Shown here: piece by piece, positions 8,800 to 18,375 of the stretch
Layout: every line of letters starts with the position of its first letter
How positions within the stretch are numbered: position 1 is the stretch's first letter
NCBI GenBank assembly: GCA_965223345.1
Contig: CBDCWG010000012.1
Span: 704,001-768,000, forward strand
DNA length: 64,000 bases
Source: Nitrospinales bacterium
GTDB taxonomy: Bacteria > Nitrospinota > Nitrospinia > Nitrospinales > VA-1
Direction: 5' to 3'
The notes under the pieces: generated by a model
What the model saw: the letters and a program-made list of their open reading frames with translations, nothing else
The model's database searches: none
What the model was told of the DNA's origin: nothing
Made by a program: the position numbers and the translations under genes

Positions 8800-10515
8800 A
8801 TGAACAGCCATTCGGACAGACCCGAGCAGGATCCCACATCCCGCCTCAAAACCGTGATGGTTTTCCGGGTGGTGTTTCTGACGGCCTTTGTGGCGTTGAT
8901 TCTGCCTTTGCAGATGCGCATGGAGTTTCACGCATCGATCCGCCCCCTCACTCTCGTCATCAGCGCAGGCTATCTCCTTTCCATCGTTTACGCCCTGTTT
9001 CTCAAAATCTGGCGGCCGTTTGCCGGATCGGTCGTGCAGATCGTCGGAGACCTCATTCTGGTGGGGGCGATCCTGTACACGACAGGCGGGACGCAGAGCC
9101 CGCTTTCCTTTCTTTTCATTTTCGTCATTCTTGCGGCCAGCTTTCTTTTTTCCAGGGGAGGCTGCTATTTCGTCGCCTCCGGAGCCAGCATCGTATACGG
9201 TCTGCTCATCGATCTGGAGTTTTACAATGTCATCCATCCTTACTATCTGTTCGACGAACCCAACAAATCGCTGGACGGCGGGTACGTTTTCTATCTCATT
9301 TTTCTGAACATCGCCTCCTACTATTCGGTGGCGTTTCTGAGCGGTCTGCTCAACCAGCGGCTGCGGGTCATGGATGAAGAACTCTCGCTTGCCAGCAAAG
9401 ATTTGCAGGAGCTGCAGGCCTTTCACCGCAGCGTGGTGCGGGACATGGGAACGGGCTTGATCACCACCGACGGCGCGGGGCGCATCACTTCCGTCAACCA
9501 TGCCGCGGAAGACATCACAGGATACTCCTACGATGAATGTCTGGGAGTGTCTTTTGAAGGCCTGCTCAAGATTCCCGATTTGAAGGTCCTGTTTCAGAGT
9601 CCGCATCTGGTGTCTTTGCCTCTGCAGATCGAAGAGGAATGCAAGCGCAAGGATGGAAAAAAAATATTCATACGCATGAAGGTCAGCCGGTTTTCCAATC
9701 TCGAGGAACGGGCGAAAGGCTATATCTGTGTGTTCGAGGATCTGACCAGCTTTCGGGAAATGCAGGAAAAGATGTCTCAGGCCGAGCGGCTGGCGGCGGT
9801 GGGACGGTTCTCCGCAGGCCTGGCGCACGAGATTCGCAATCCGCTCGCTTCGCTCAGCGGGTCCATACAGGTCCTGAGCAAAAGCATGCAACTGGAGCAG
9901 AAACACAAAGCGCTGATGGACATCGTTCTGAAAGAAACGGACCGGCTCAACGGCATCCTCACGGATTTTCTCAATTATTCCAACCCGAAGAAAAACCGCA
10001 AGACCCTGGTGGACCTGACGCAGTTGATCCAGGATGTGATCACGTTGATCAAGAACAGCGATCGCTTCTCGGAAGAGACCCGCATCGAGTTCAACGGCAA
10101 ATCGGATCATTTGATCATGAGCGGGGACGAACCGCAGATCAAGCAGATGATCTGGAACCTTTGCATCAACGGACTGCAGGCGATGACCGAAGGCGGGACG
10201 CTGAAAATCTCGCTGCAAAAAGTCGATTACTTTCACAGCGTGAATTTCAAGTCGGACAAGCGCGGATACCTGCTCACCGTCGAAGATCAGGGATGCGGAA
10301 TCCCGCCGGACCAGCTCAAGAAAATTTTCGATCCTTTTTTCACGACCAAGGAGAACGGTGTCGGACTCGGGCTGCCGACGGTCTACCAGATCGTGCAGCG
10401 ATCCGGAGGCACCATCGAAGTTTCCAGCCGCTATAAACTGGGAACCCGTTTTTCGGTTTACCTGCCCCGCGGCGTGGTCACTATGGAACCGGAAGCGGTG
10501 CCCGCAGGGCATTGA
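8800..10515 (+). CDS. pilS: PilS-like PAS sensor histidine kinase
   Basis: About 6 TM helices with TGG.QSP, PAS domain, H-box LAHEIRNPL, DQGCG/FDPFFTTK/GLGL; directly after pilC. Confidence 0.78.
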   Translation: MNSHSDRPEQDPTSRLKTVMVFRVVFLTAFVALILPLQMRMEFHASIRPLTLVISAGYLLSIVYALFLKIWRPFAGSVVQIVGDLILVGAILYTTGGTQSPLSFLFIFVILAASFLFSRGGCYFVASGASIVYGLLIDLEFYNVIHPYYLFDEPNKSLDGGYVFYLIFLNIASYYSVAFLSGLLNQRLRVMDEELSLASKDLQELQAFHRSVVRDMGTGLITTDGAGRITSVNHAAEDITGYSYDECLGVSFEGLLKIPDLKVLFQSPHLVSLPLQIEEECKRKDGKKIFIRMKVSRFSNLEERAKGYICVFEDLTSFREMQEKMSQAERLAAVGRFSAGLAHEIRNPLASLSGSIQVLSKSMQLEQKHKALMDIVLKETDRLNGILTDFLNYSNPKKNRKTLVDLTQLIQDVITLIKNSDRFSEETRIEFNGKSDHLIMSGDEPQIKQMIWNLCINGLQAMTEGGTLKISLQKVDYFHSVNFKSDKRGYLLTVEDQGCGIPPDQLKKIFDPFFTTKENGVGLGLPTVYQIVQRSGGTIEVSSRYKLGTRFSVYLPRGVVTMEPEAVPAGH

Positions 10516-10557
10516 GCGTCGAACCTCAATCATTACCCTCCATCATTTTCGTCTGCT

Positions 10558-11448
10558 TTGGCATCTCCCGTAACAATTCCGAATCGAACACGTTGGCTTT
10601 GGCCTGTATTCTTCATGACGCTGCTTGCCTGCGCCTCGCTGGATGAAAAAGCCGGCGGACGCGGCGGGGAGATGGTGTGGATACCGGAAGGGGTGTTCAC
10701 GATGGGGTGGGGCATCGAGAATGACCGGGACTGGGGCGACACGGATGAGGAACCGGTGCACGAAGTGGCATTGAGCGAATACTGGATCGACCGCTTCGAG
10801 GTGACCGCTTCCGACTTTTCCGATTTTCTCAACCGGCATCCGCAATCGAGCCAGCGCTTCATCGAACTGGGAAACGCGGTCACCGTCGAAAAGGTGAACG
10901 GCCGGTACCGTGCGCGGCCCGGGCTCGAGCGGCATCCGGTCAACCGGGTCTCCTGGTATGGTGCAAACGCCTACTGCCGCTGGCTTGGCAAGCGCCTTCC
11001 GACCGAAGCGGAATGGGAAAAAGCGGCGCGCGGAATCGATCAGCGGATTTTCCCCTGGGGCGACGCGTTTCCGGACAACACGCGCGTGACGTTTCGCAGA
11101 AAATTTTCCGAGCTGGGTTTTGCGGTCCTAGAACCGGTGGATGCCATGGCGGCAGGTCGCTCGCCCTATGGGGTGCATCACATGGCGGGCAATGTCTGGG
11201 AGTGGGTCGCGGACTGGTATGCGGACGATTATTACGATCGTTCTGAGAAAAAAGATCCTCAGGGGCCGGCTTCGGGCACAACCAAAGTGCTGCGCGGCGG
11301 CAACTGGTATTACAAGGCGTATTACATGCGCACGACCTACCGGTTCAACGAACCGCCCCACAAATTCAAAAACTGGCTGGGATTCCGTTGCGCTTCTTCA
11401 AAGCCGCCGAATCAGATCGATCCCAGGCCAAACGATTCGCTGGAGTGA
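10558..11448 (+). CDS. Formylglycine-generating-enzyme (SUMF1/FGE-sulfatase) fold protein, probable lipoprotein
   Basis: F.MG, EVT, RLPTEAEWEKAARG, MAGNVWEW, RGG.W, GFRC; LLAC lipobox; start uncertain. Confidence 0.85.
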   Translation: MASPVTIPNRTRWLWPVFFMTLLACASLDEKAGGRGGEMVWIPEGVFTMGWGIENDRDWGDTDEEPVHEVALSEYWIDRFEVTASDFSDFLNRHPQSSQRFIELGNAVTVEKVNGRYRARPGLERHPVNRVSWYGANAYCRWLGKRLPTEAEWEKAARGIDQRIFPWGDAFPDNTRVTFRRKFSELGFAVLEPVDAMAAGRSPYGVHHMAGNVWEWVADWYADDYYDRSEKKDPQGPASGTTKVLRGGNWYYKAYYMRTTYRFNEPPHKFKNWLGFRCASSKPPNQIDPRPNDSLE

Positions 11449-11477
11449 ATTCCTTTCATTTCGTGCCTCTTCCCTTC

Positions 11478-12395
11478 CTAACGTTTGCGGTTCAGCGCTT
11501 TTTTTAAAATCCACGCCACATTCACTTTCTTTCTGCAGAACCGGAACAGGGCCTCGTTCAGAGCCATGAGCTGGCAGTGTTCTGTCAGAATCCCGGCCTC
11601 GCTGCAATTGATGATGTTGAGCGGCGCGTTGCGCTTCCAGGTGCTGAACGCCCAGTGAAACCATTTTTTTGAAACCGCCATGGATTTCAATGTGGGCAGC
11701 GGTCGGCCGTGCAGATCTTTTTCCACCACGATGTTTTCCCTTTGCAGCTCGAAGGTGGTTTCCAGCCGCACCTCGCTGTTCTCACTTTCCTGGCTGTGGG
11801 TTTTGGGCTGAGGATAGGAAAGATCCTGCCCAACGAACAGGATCGGATCGCCGCCGGACTGGAACGCCAGATCGTACGCGACCGAAAGCACGCTGCCGCC
11901 GGGAGTCAGGGCGCCCAGGTGTGGGGCCCGGTTCTGGATCTGGGTGAGAAGCGGGATGTCGGGGGCGAATTTGCTGTAAAACAGCACGCCGCCCTCCCAG
12001 AGATCGAGCACCTGCGGATGGATGATGGACGGCGCGATGAGGGTGATCCCGCGATGCGAACAGTTCTTGAAAAACTTCGCGATTTCAATCTGCGGATCGA
12101 GGCTGGCGACGAAGGCGGGGACGATGTCGTGCGCCAGCAGGGGTTTCAGTGCGGCGTCGCTGGCGATGAGGACGGCTTTTTCACGCGCCCGGCTGAGCAG
12201 GCGGATGTTCCTGTCCAAAGACGGGCCGGCGCCGACGACGATCCAGGGAATATTCTGAAACCGATTCTTGAGGGACAGGACGCCCGGATTGCTCTGAACG
12301 GCTTGTTGATTGGCGGCGAAGTTTTTTTCCCAGAGCCGATTGAACCGGAGCAGCGTGGCGTTTTTGACTTCCTGAATTTGCGAGTCGGGGTTCAT
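11478..12395 (-). CDS. Motility-associated factor (Maf)/MptE-like domain protein
   Basis: VVGAGPSLD, FVGQDLSY, IINCSE motifs; downstream of flagellar genes. Confidence 0.78.
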   Translation of the reverse strand: MNPDSQIQEVKNATLLRFNRLWEKNFAANQQAVQSNPGVLSLKNRFQNIPWIVVGAGPSLDRNIRLLSRAREKAVLIASDAALKPLLAHDIVPAFVASLDPQIEIAKFFKNCSHRGITLIAPSIIHPQVLDLWEGGVLFYSKFAPDIPLLTQIQNRAPHLGALTPGGSVLSVAYDLAFQSGGDPILFVGQDLSYPQPKTHSQESENSEVRLETTFELQRENIVVEKDLHGRPLPTLKSMAVSKKWFHWAFSTWKRNAPLNIINCSEAGILTEHCQLMALNEALFRFCRKKVNVAWILKKALNRKR

Positions 12396-12440
12396 GGCGA
12401 CAGGGTAACAAAGTCAAAACGAGAGGGCCAACGCCAAAAT

Positions 12441-12469
12441 AAAAAAAGACCCGGGCGAATGCCCGGGTC
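12441..12469 (-). terminator. Rho-independent terminator after flgE
   Basis: GACCCGGGC-gaat-GCCCGGGTC stem with a T7 tail on the minus strand. Confidence 0.85.
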
Positions 12470-12502
12470 CGGCAGGAGGATGGCAACGAACCAAGAGAAA
12501 AC

Positions 12503-13744
12503 TTATCGGACCAGGTTCACGGTTTCCGTCAACAGGTCGTCGGTGGTGGTGATGACCCGCGCGCTGGCCTGAAATGCCTGCTGGGTCTGGATCATGGTGA
12601 CGAATTCATTCGCCAGATCGACGTTGGAAAGTTCGAGCGAACTTCCCAGGACGGAGCCGAACCCTCCGGTTTCGGCGGTGCCGATGTTGGGTTGCCCGGA
12701 TTCACCGGATTCCGCAAACAGGTTCTGTCCGCGCCGGGTCAACCCGACGGGGGCGAGAAAATCCGCCAGCGCGACCTGGAACAGGTCGTCGGACTGGCCG
12801 TTATTGAACAGCCCCGAGATGATGCCCTTGGAATCGACCGAAAGACCGATCAGCGTCCCGGTCGGGAACCCGTCCTGAACCACGGAGTTGTTGTTCGATG
12901 CGGCTGCGAAACCGGTGAGTTTGCCGTTGGTCGTGCCTCCCGAATCGACCAGATCCCAGTTGAGCGTCTGGGTGGCGGCGGGAGGCGTGGAGCCGGAATG
13001 ATCGATGACGATGGACAGGTCCGCCGGAGAACCTCCGTTGACCGCGGATAGTTGACCGGTGGTGTCGAAGGTGACGCTGCCGGAAGCGCCGGAGGACACG
13101 GTTCCCTGAGACGGGCTGGCGACGAAGTTCCAGGTGTTGCCGGTGCTCGAGGTTTTGGTGAAAGTGAGGCTCAGGATCACCTGCGATCCCACGGAGTTGA
13201 AGATGGAGATGGGAGAGGTGAACGTCGTTCCGCCGGAGGAAGCGCCGTTGAGATTGGCTCCGAGGGTGAAGGTGGTGGTGGCCTGCGGTGAGGACTGCAC
13301 GCCGGCGAGGTCAACATCGGTGAGGGTGGAGGAGGTCACGCCGTTGGTGATGCGAAATCCCTGCAGGGTGTCCTGTGTGACGTTCTGCACGACGCCGTTT
13401 TCATTGAGCCGGAACTGTCCGGCGCGCGTGTAAAAGTTGCCGGTGCCGTTGTTGACGATGAAAAAACCGGAGCCGTCGAGGGCCAGATCGAGCGCGTTGG
13501 AGGAGGATTCGAACGCCCCCTGGCCGAAGGAGGCCAGCACGCCCTGCAACTGCGACCCGCGGCCCACCTGGCTGGTCACTTCGCCGTTGGTGAGCAGGGT
13601 GCTGAACACATCGCTGAACACCGCCTTGCTGCCTTTAAAACCGACGGTGTTGACGTTGGCGATGTTGTCGCCGATGATATTCATGGCCTGGGAATTGCTG
13701 GTGAGGCCGGACACGCCCGTAAACAGGGAACTGATCAATGACAT
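12503..13744 (-). CDS. flgE: Flagellar hook protein FlgE
   Basis: GVSGL...NIANVNTVGFK, DLALDGSGFF, YTRAGQF, LELSNVDLANEF. Confidence 0.95.
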   Translation of the reverse strand: MSLISSLFTGVSGLTSNSQAMNIIGDNIANVNTVGFKGSKAVFSDVFSTLLTNGEVTSQVGRGSQLQGVLASFGQGAFESSSNALDLALDGSGFFIVNNGTGNFYTRAGQFRLNENGVVQNVTQDTLQGFRITNGVTSSTLTDVDLAGVQSSPQATTTFTLGANLNGASSGGTTFTSPISIFNSVGSQVILSLTFTKTSSTGNTWNFVASPSQGTVSSGASGSVTFDTTGQLSAVNGGSPADLSIVIDHSGSTPPAATQTLNWDLVDSGGTTNGKLTGFAAASNNNSVVQDGFPTGTLIGLSVDSKGIISGLFNNGQSDDLFQVALADFLAPVGLTRRGQNLFAESGESGQPNIGTAETGGFGSVLGSSLELSNVDLANEFVTMIQTQQAFQASARVITTTDDLLTETVNLVR

Positions 13745-13766
13745 GAATCTCTCCTTTTTGGCTGAA

Positions 13767-14426
13767 TCAGATGCCGACGCGTGTGATCTCGCTCACGGCG
13801 TGTTTCTGTCCATCGACGATGGCGAACGCTTTCTCGCCTTCAAAAATCACTTCTGTGACCTTGCCCTGCACAAAGGTCTTCGCGGTCACCGAGTTGCCTT
13901 CGCTGTTCTGGGCGCGAACGGAAAAACCATACAGTCCCGATTCGACCGGCAGCCCGTCGTTATCGAGTCCGTTCCAGGTGAACCGGTTCGCACCCGCCGA
14001 CTGCGGTGCCAGTGCGAGTGTGGTCACTTCCTTTCCGGTCGCATCGAAGATGCCGATTTCAACCTGGGTGGCATCGGCATCGAGCGTGTAATTGAGCGAT
14101 CGGGACTGCCCGGACTGATGCTGGAAGGTGTCTCCGGGTGAGTCGATCTGTTTGCCGATGAGGTTGAGGGAAGCGGTGTTGCTCAGAGCCGATTCAAACC
14201 CCTTGATCTCCTGCAGGGTGGAGTTGACGTTGGTGATCTGCTCCAGCGTGCTGAACTGTGCCAGCTGGGCGCTGAAATCCTGTGCGTCCATCGGACTCAA
14301 GGGATCCTGGGCTTCCAGTTGCGCGACCAGAAGCTGCAGAAATTCGTTTTTTCCGAGATCCCGGTTGCCCACGGTTTGCGCGGTGGCGGCTTTCGGGTCC
14401 GGGGCGGGAGTGACGCCTTCGATCAT
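13767..14426 (-). CDS. flgD: Flagellar hook capping protein FlgD
   Basis: FLQLLVAQLEAQDPLSPMD...QLAQFSTLEQ. Confidence 0.95.
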   Translation of the reverse strand: MIEGVTPAPDPKAATAQTVGNRDLGKNEFLQLLVAQLEAQDPLSPMDAQDFSAQLAQFSTLEQITNVNSTLQEIKGFESALSNTASLNLIGKQIDSPGDTFQHQSGQSRSLNYTLDADATQVEIGIFDATGKEVTTLALAPQSAGANRFTWNGLDNDGLPVESGLYGFSVRAQNSEGNSVTAKTFVQGKVTEVIFEGEKAFAIVDGQKHAVSEITRVGI

Positions 14427-14466
14427 TTTCTATCTCCGTGTCAATTGCTGGATCTTCGGACGGCGG

Positions 14467-15942
14467 TCATGCCATCACGCTGATCGATGTGGATTCGTCG
14501 TAAAACATTCTGCTTCTCGCTGCGGTGAAAACATCGAGTTCGCTTTCCTGGGCAAGCGGGTCTTCCGCAGCGTAGGCGGATGCGTGACCGAATGCGTTTT
14601 CATGCGAGGTGTTCTGGCGGGAGCCGGAACCCTGATCGCCGCCCACCAGAACGGTGAAGCTTTCCACTTTCAGGCCGTTGCCATTGAGGGAATCGCGCAG
14701 TTGCGCCAGGTTGCTCTCGATGATCTGCTTGACGGTATTGTTGTCCGTCATGATGACCGTCTTGACCGCGTCTCCGGAAGTGGTCACGTTCATGCGCACG
14801 GTGCCGAGGGACGGCGGTTCCAGCCGCACCTTGATTTCGTTTTGATTGCCGTGCGAGCGCAGCGAAATTTTATTGAGGATCTGATGGATCACCTTGGCGT
14901 CGTCGGCGCCCCGGGTGTTGTAGGTCTGGGAAGCGAAGGATTTCTGTGCGTCGAGGATCTTGGCCGAGGAATTATTGCTGGTGCTGACCTGCGTGACCTG
15001 AACGTTCGGGAGATCCTTCAGGGTTGCGCCGTTTTTCAGGGGGCTGTCATTGCCTTTGAGCGCCGCTGCCGTGGAAGAGGCCGTCAGGTTGGGATTGACC
15101 GGGTTCTCCAGGGATTTGCCGATGCCGGCCGCTGTTTTGAGAACAGGAGGTTTTTCATTCGCTGAAGAAACGCCCTCAGAGGATTGGCCGAGTATTTTTT
15201 CCAGAGAAATTTTCTGGTCCAGCGATTCCTCGACCTTGGCTTTTCCTTTCAGTTGCGTTTCCCGGTTCAACTGACTGGCGCTTTCCTGCAGCTGCGCAGA
15301 TTGAAGCTTGGCGAACAGGTCCTTTGCCTGCTGCTGGTTCAGTCCCGATTGGGTCAACAACTCCTGCGCCGGTTGTTCGGAATTCTGCAGCAGACCGGCA
15401 GCCTGCTCACTAACGTTCGCGGCCTGAGGGAGCGGCTGGGCTTTTAAAGAAGAAGCCTGGCCCAGCGTCTGCGCGAGTGACTGCAAAAACGTGTTGAGGT
15501 TTGCATCTCCACGCAGATTCAAGACCTTGAGCAACGCATCGATGTTGTTTTGCGAAACCCCGAGTGCCTGCAATTGATCGGTGATGGTTTCGCGGTTCAC
15601 GGTGGTGTTTGCGGGCAGGTTGTCGGCGGGTTCGATGTCTTCGGATTGCCGGGGCTGTGCGGGTTGCGCGGAGGACTGGTTGACGGCGGAGGGTGTTTCT
15701 TTTTCTTTCGCCGGCCGGTTATCCACTTCAGCGGGTTGGTGGTCCTGCGGTTCGTGCCCGGCTTTCTCCCGTTCCTCGGCGCGGGCGGTCTTTCTCTCGC
15801 GTTGGGAATCGGAAGACTGTTTCACCGCTTCTTCCATGTGACTGCGAAAGGAATCGTCACCGGCGGAGGATTCCCTGGGCGGGGCCACCTCGACGGGGGC
15901 TTTGGCGGGAAGCAGGGAGATGATGTTTGCTTGCGGGATCAT
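14467..15942 (-). CDS. fliK: Flagellar hook-length control protein FliK
   Basis: Low-complexity body, C-terminal LEPPSLG...LRDSL domain, upstream of flgD; ATG 15942 chosen because it lies downstream of the sigma54 site. Confidence 0.88.
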   Translation of the reverse strand: MIPQANIISLLPAKAPVEVAPPRESSAGDDSFRSHMEEAVKQSSDSQRERKTARAEEREKAGHEPQDHQPAEVDNRPAKEKETPSAVNQSSAQPAQPRQSEDIEPADNLPANTTVNRETITDQLQALGVSQNNIDALLKVLNLRGDANLNTFLQSLAQTLGQASSLKAQPLPQAANVSEQAAGLLQNSEQPAQELLTQSGLNQQQAKDLFAKLQSAQLQESASQLNRETQLKGKAKVEESLDQKISLEKILGQSSEGVSSANEKPPVLKTAAGIGKSLENPVNPNLTASSTAAALKGNDSPLKNGATLKDLPNVQVTQVSTSNNSSAKILDAQKSFASQTYNTRGADDAKVIHQILNKISLRSHGNQNEIKVRLEPPSLGTVRMNVTTSGDAVKTVIMTDNNTVKQIIESNLAQLRDSLNGNGLKVESFTVLVGGDQGSGSRQNTSHENAFGHASAYAAEDPLAQESELDVFTAARSRMFYDESTSISVMA

Positions 15943-15992
15943 AGACACAAACCAAAAAATTGCACGCGAACGATTTCGCTGACTGTTGAGTG

Positions 15993-16008
15993 AGCAAAAG
16001 ATATGCCA
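15993..16008 (-). promoter_or_regulatory. Sigma54 (-24/-12) promoter of fliK-flgD-flgE
   Basis: Minus strand TGGCATATCTTTTGCT = GG-N10-GC, about 50 bp upstream of the fliK ATG. Confidence 0.8.
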
Positions 16009-16322
16009 AATAGCGTGGGCATCAGGTAACCCATTGAAAGACACCGGGTTGGATTGAATTCGGTTGAAACACCTCGAATGCAAAAATCGGGCAAGATCTT
16101 CCCGGATGGGTAAAAAGTCACTGGTTTTTCAGCGCTTTTCCGATATGTCCTTTCGGGCGATCCACGATTTGTTCGGCGGACGGTGCTTGGTAAGTCGATG
16201 GGTGGGGCGCGGGGAATCTACAGGGCTTGGCAGAGCGTGTGTCAAAGCCTGTCGTTGCTGTGAGGAAGCGAAAAGCCCGAGAGCGCTGGTGAATGCGGGT
16301 TGGAATTTGTTATACTCTTTTT

Positions 16323-17093
16323 ATGAAGTCCGTATTTTTTTTGTCACGTTTTGTTTTCCTGTTCTCGATCCTGTTCCCCCTCGCTGCCTGGGCGCAGCCC
16401 TTCGATCCGGGGCTTTTCCAGCCCTCCACACTCGTCAGCGTGGAAATCTCCAAGAACAAGCTCAAAGGGATTTACCAAAAAGGCGGTCACAGTAAAACCC
16501 TGCACTGCGGCTGTTTTTTCGACAAGATCAACCAGGTGCATCCCAACTCCTGTGATCGGGCGGACCGGAAATTGCGTCGCAAGCGCACATCGGAAGTGCT
16601 GGACTGGTTCCACGCCGTTCCCGTCGCGGAGTTCGCTGGGGCATTGAAATGCTGGGACAACAAGGTCTGCGGCCGTGCGGGGGAGACTCCCTATCAGGGC
16701 GCGCGCTGTTGTGCGGAGATCTCGCCGAAATACAAGACGCGGGAGGCGGACATGCACAACCTGTTTCCCACACTCTCCAGTCTGAATGCGGCCGGCGCCC
16801 CCTCTTCCGCTCAGGGATTGTCCGAGTACGCGTACTGCGCCAATGAAAAACCCGAAACGGGATCTCCGCGCGCCGGCGTTCGGGGGGACTTTGCCCGCGC
16901 TTATTTTTACATGTCCTATCAGTACAAGCTGCCTCTGCCTGAGGAGCGCGAGGATGTGCTGAGGCGCTGGCATCTGGAGGACCCGCCGGATGCCTGGGAA
17001 GAGACGCGCAACTCGATGATCGAAGTCGTGCAGGGCAACCGCAACCCGTTCATCGACCGGCCGGAACTGGTGGAACGGGTGCGCGATTTTTAA
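16323..17093 (+). CDS. Endonuclease I (EndA/Vvn) family secreted protein
   Basis: Signal peptide, HCGC, W.HAVP, EADMHNL.P, RGDFARAYFYM, QGNRNPF. Confidence 0.85.
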   Translation: MKSVFFLSRFVFLFSILFPLAAWAQPFDPGLFQPSTLVSVEISKNKLKGIYQKGGHSKTLHCGCFFDKINQVHPNSCDRADRKLRRKRTSEVLDWFHAVPVAEFAGALKCWDNKVCGRAGETPYQGARCCAEISPKYKTREADMHNLFPTLSSLNAAGAPSSAQGLSEYAYCANEKPETGSPRAGVRGDFARAYFYMSYQYKLPLPEEREDVLRRWHLEDPPDAWEETRNSMIEVVQGNRNPFIDRPELVERVRDF

Positions 17094-17119
17094 AAAACCC
17101 TGCTTCGGTTGAGCGCACG

Positions 17120-17536
17120 CTAGAGCCGCGTGTTTTCGTCCACCACCGCGCAGTCGAACACATCGGGATGAAGCCCGGTGACCCCGCGCAGGTCCGCTCC
17201 CTGCAGATACGTTCCCGCCAGATTCACGTCCGCAAGATCCGCGCCTTTCAGATCGGCCCAGGACAGATCGGTTTCTTCCAGATTGGCTTGTTGTAAATTC
17301 GCAGCGGCCAGACAGGCGTCCTGCAGGTTGGCTCCACGCAGGTCGGTGTTTTTCAGGTTGGCATCCTGCAGGTTGGCGCCTTGTAAATTGGCTTCCACCA
17401 GCACGGCGCCCTGCAGGTTCGCGGATTCGAGATCCGCCCCGTTCAGTTCGGCTTTTTTTCCATCGCGGCCTTTGGAGTCGTACCAGATCTCGTGGCGAAG
17501 CAGGATCTGTTCGAGATCGTGCCTGGAGGGTTGCAT
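17120..17536 (-). CDS. Pentapeptide repeat protein
   Basis: A(D/N)Lxx repeats after an L..H..W lead-in. Confidence 0.9.
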   Translation of the reverse strand: MQPSRHDLEQILLRHEIWYDSKGRDGKKAELNGADLESANLQGAVLVEANLQGANLQDANLKNTDLRGANLQDACLAAANLQQANLEETDLSWADLKGADLADVNLAGTYLQGADLRGVTGLHPDVFDCAVVDENTRL

Positions 17537-17546
17537 GATTTTGCGA

Positions 17547-18146
17547 TCAACCCTTTCGCTTATTGCATTTGAACGCCGTTTCGGATTCCCAGGTGATGGC
17601 CAGATAATCCGGGAGCTTGGTGTTCTTATCGATGAAGGCGGATTGAAGTTGCGCGCAGTCGAGATTGAGCGCTTGGCTGAGATCGGCGTCCAGAAGATCC
17701 GCCGCCCTGAGGATGGTTTCTTTGAGATCGGCGTTGGCGAAATTGGTTTCGATGAGGTTGGCGCGTCCGAGATCCGCCCCTTCCAGCTTGGCGCCGCGCA
17801 AGTCGGCTTTTTCGAGGGTCGTGCCGCGCAGGTTCGCCGCCTGCAAACGGGCGTGCGGCATCTTGGCGCCGCGCAGGTCGGCGCCGCGCAGGTTGGCGTG
17901 CTTCAGGTTTGCTTTCGTCAGGATCGCCGATTTCAGGTTGGCGTTCTGCAGGTTCGCGCCGCTCAAATCCGCACTATTGAGGTCGGCGCGCTGCATGTCC
18001 GTTCCCTGCAGGTTGGCCCGCCGCAGCGAGGCCCCGCTCAGGGAGGCTCCGTTCAAATCCATTTTTCTAAGGTCGGCGCCCCGGTGGGATTTTTTATACA
18101 GTTCCACATTGCGGCGGGTGAACTTCCATTTGTCTTTGGTTTTCAT
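17547..18146 (-). CDS. Pentapeptide repeat protein
   Basis: Long A(D/N)LxG tandem array. Confidence 0.9.
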   Translation of the reverse strand: MKTKDKWKFTRRNVELYKKSHRGADLRKMDLNGASLSGASLRRANLQGTDMQRADLNSADLSGANLQNANLKSAILTKANLKHANLRGADLRGAKMPHARLQAANLRGTTLEKADLRGAKLEGADLGRANLIETNFANADLKETILRAADLLDADLSQALNLDCAQLQSAFIDKNTKLPDYLAITWESETAFKCNKRKG

Positions 18147-18215
18147 TTCCGCGACAGCCCCTGAAAGTTGATGAATGCCCCGCTTATTTTAGGCGGGGCC
18201 TGCAAAAATGAAAAT

Positions 18216-18257
18216 AAAAAAAGGGGACCAGGAGGTTGACTCTCCTGATCCCCTTTT
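18216..18257. terminator. Intrinsic terminator, probably ending the His-rich gene transcript
   Basis: A7-GGGGACCAGGAG...CTCCTGATCCCC-TTTT hairpin. Confidence 0.7.
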
Positions 18258-18375
18258 GCAGCCGAGATCAACGAATTCACGTTTTCACGATGAAACTACA
18301 TTGTCCTGTCCTTGACAACAAGCTTTCCGGCTGGCAAAGAATGCAACCGATCGCGCTGGCTGCGCTCTCGATGGC

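Noticed and set aside
15943..16083. Longer N-termini from the ORF track (fliK; likewise 765-830, 2704-2760, 18847-19086, 23812-24114, 57375-57476)
   Set aside because: The extensions overlap promoters or neighbouring genes; internal starts have better RBS or signal-peptide context
17178..18171. Plus-strand repetitive ORFs and a possible CRISPR-like periodicity
   Set aside because: The 15-bp periodicity is the pentapeptide coding repeat on the minus strand; there is no repeat-spacer structure and no cas gene
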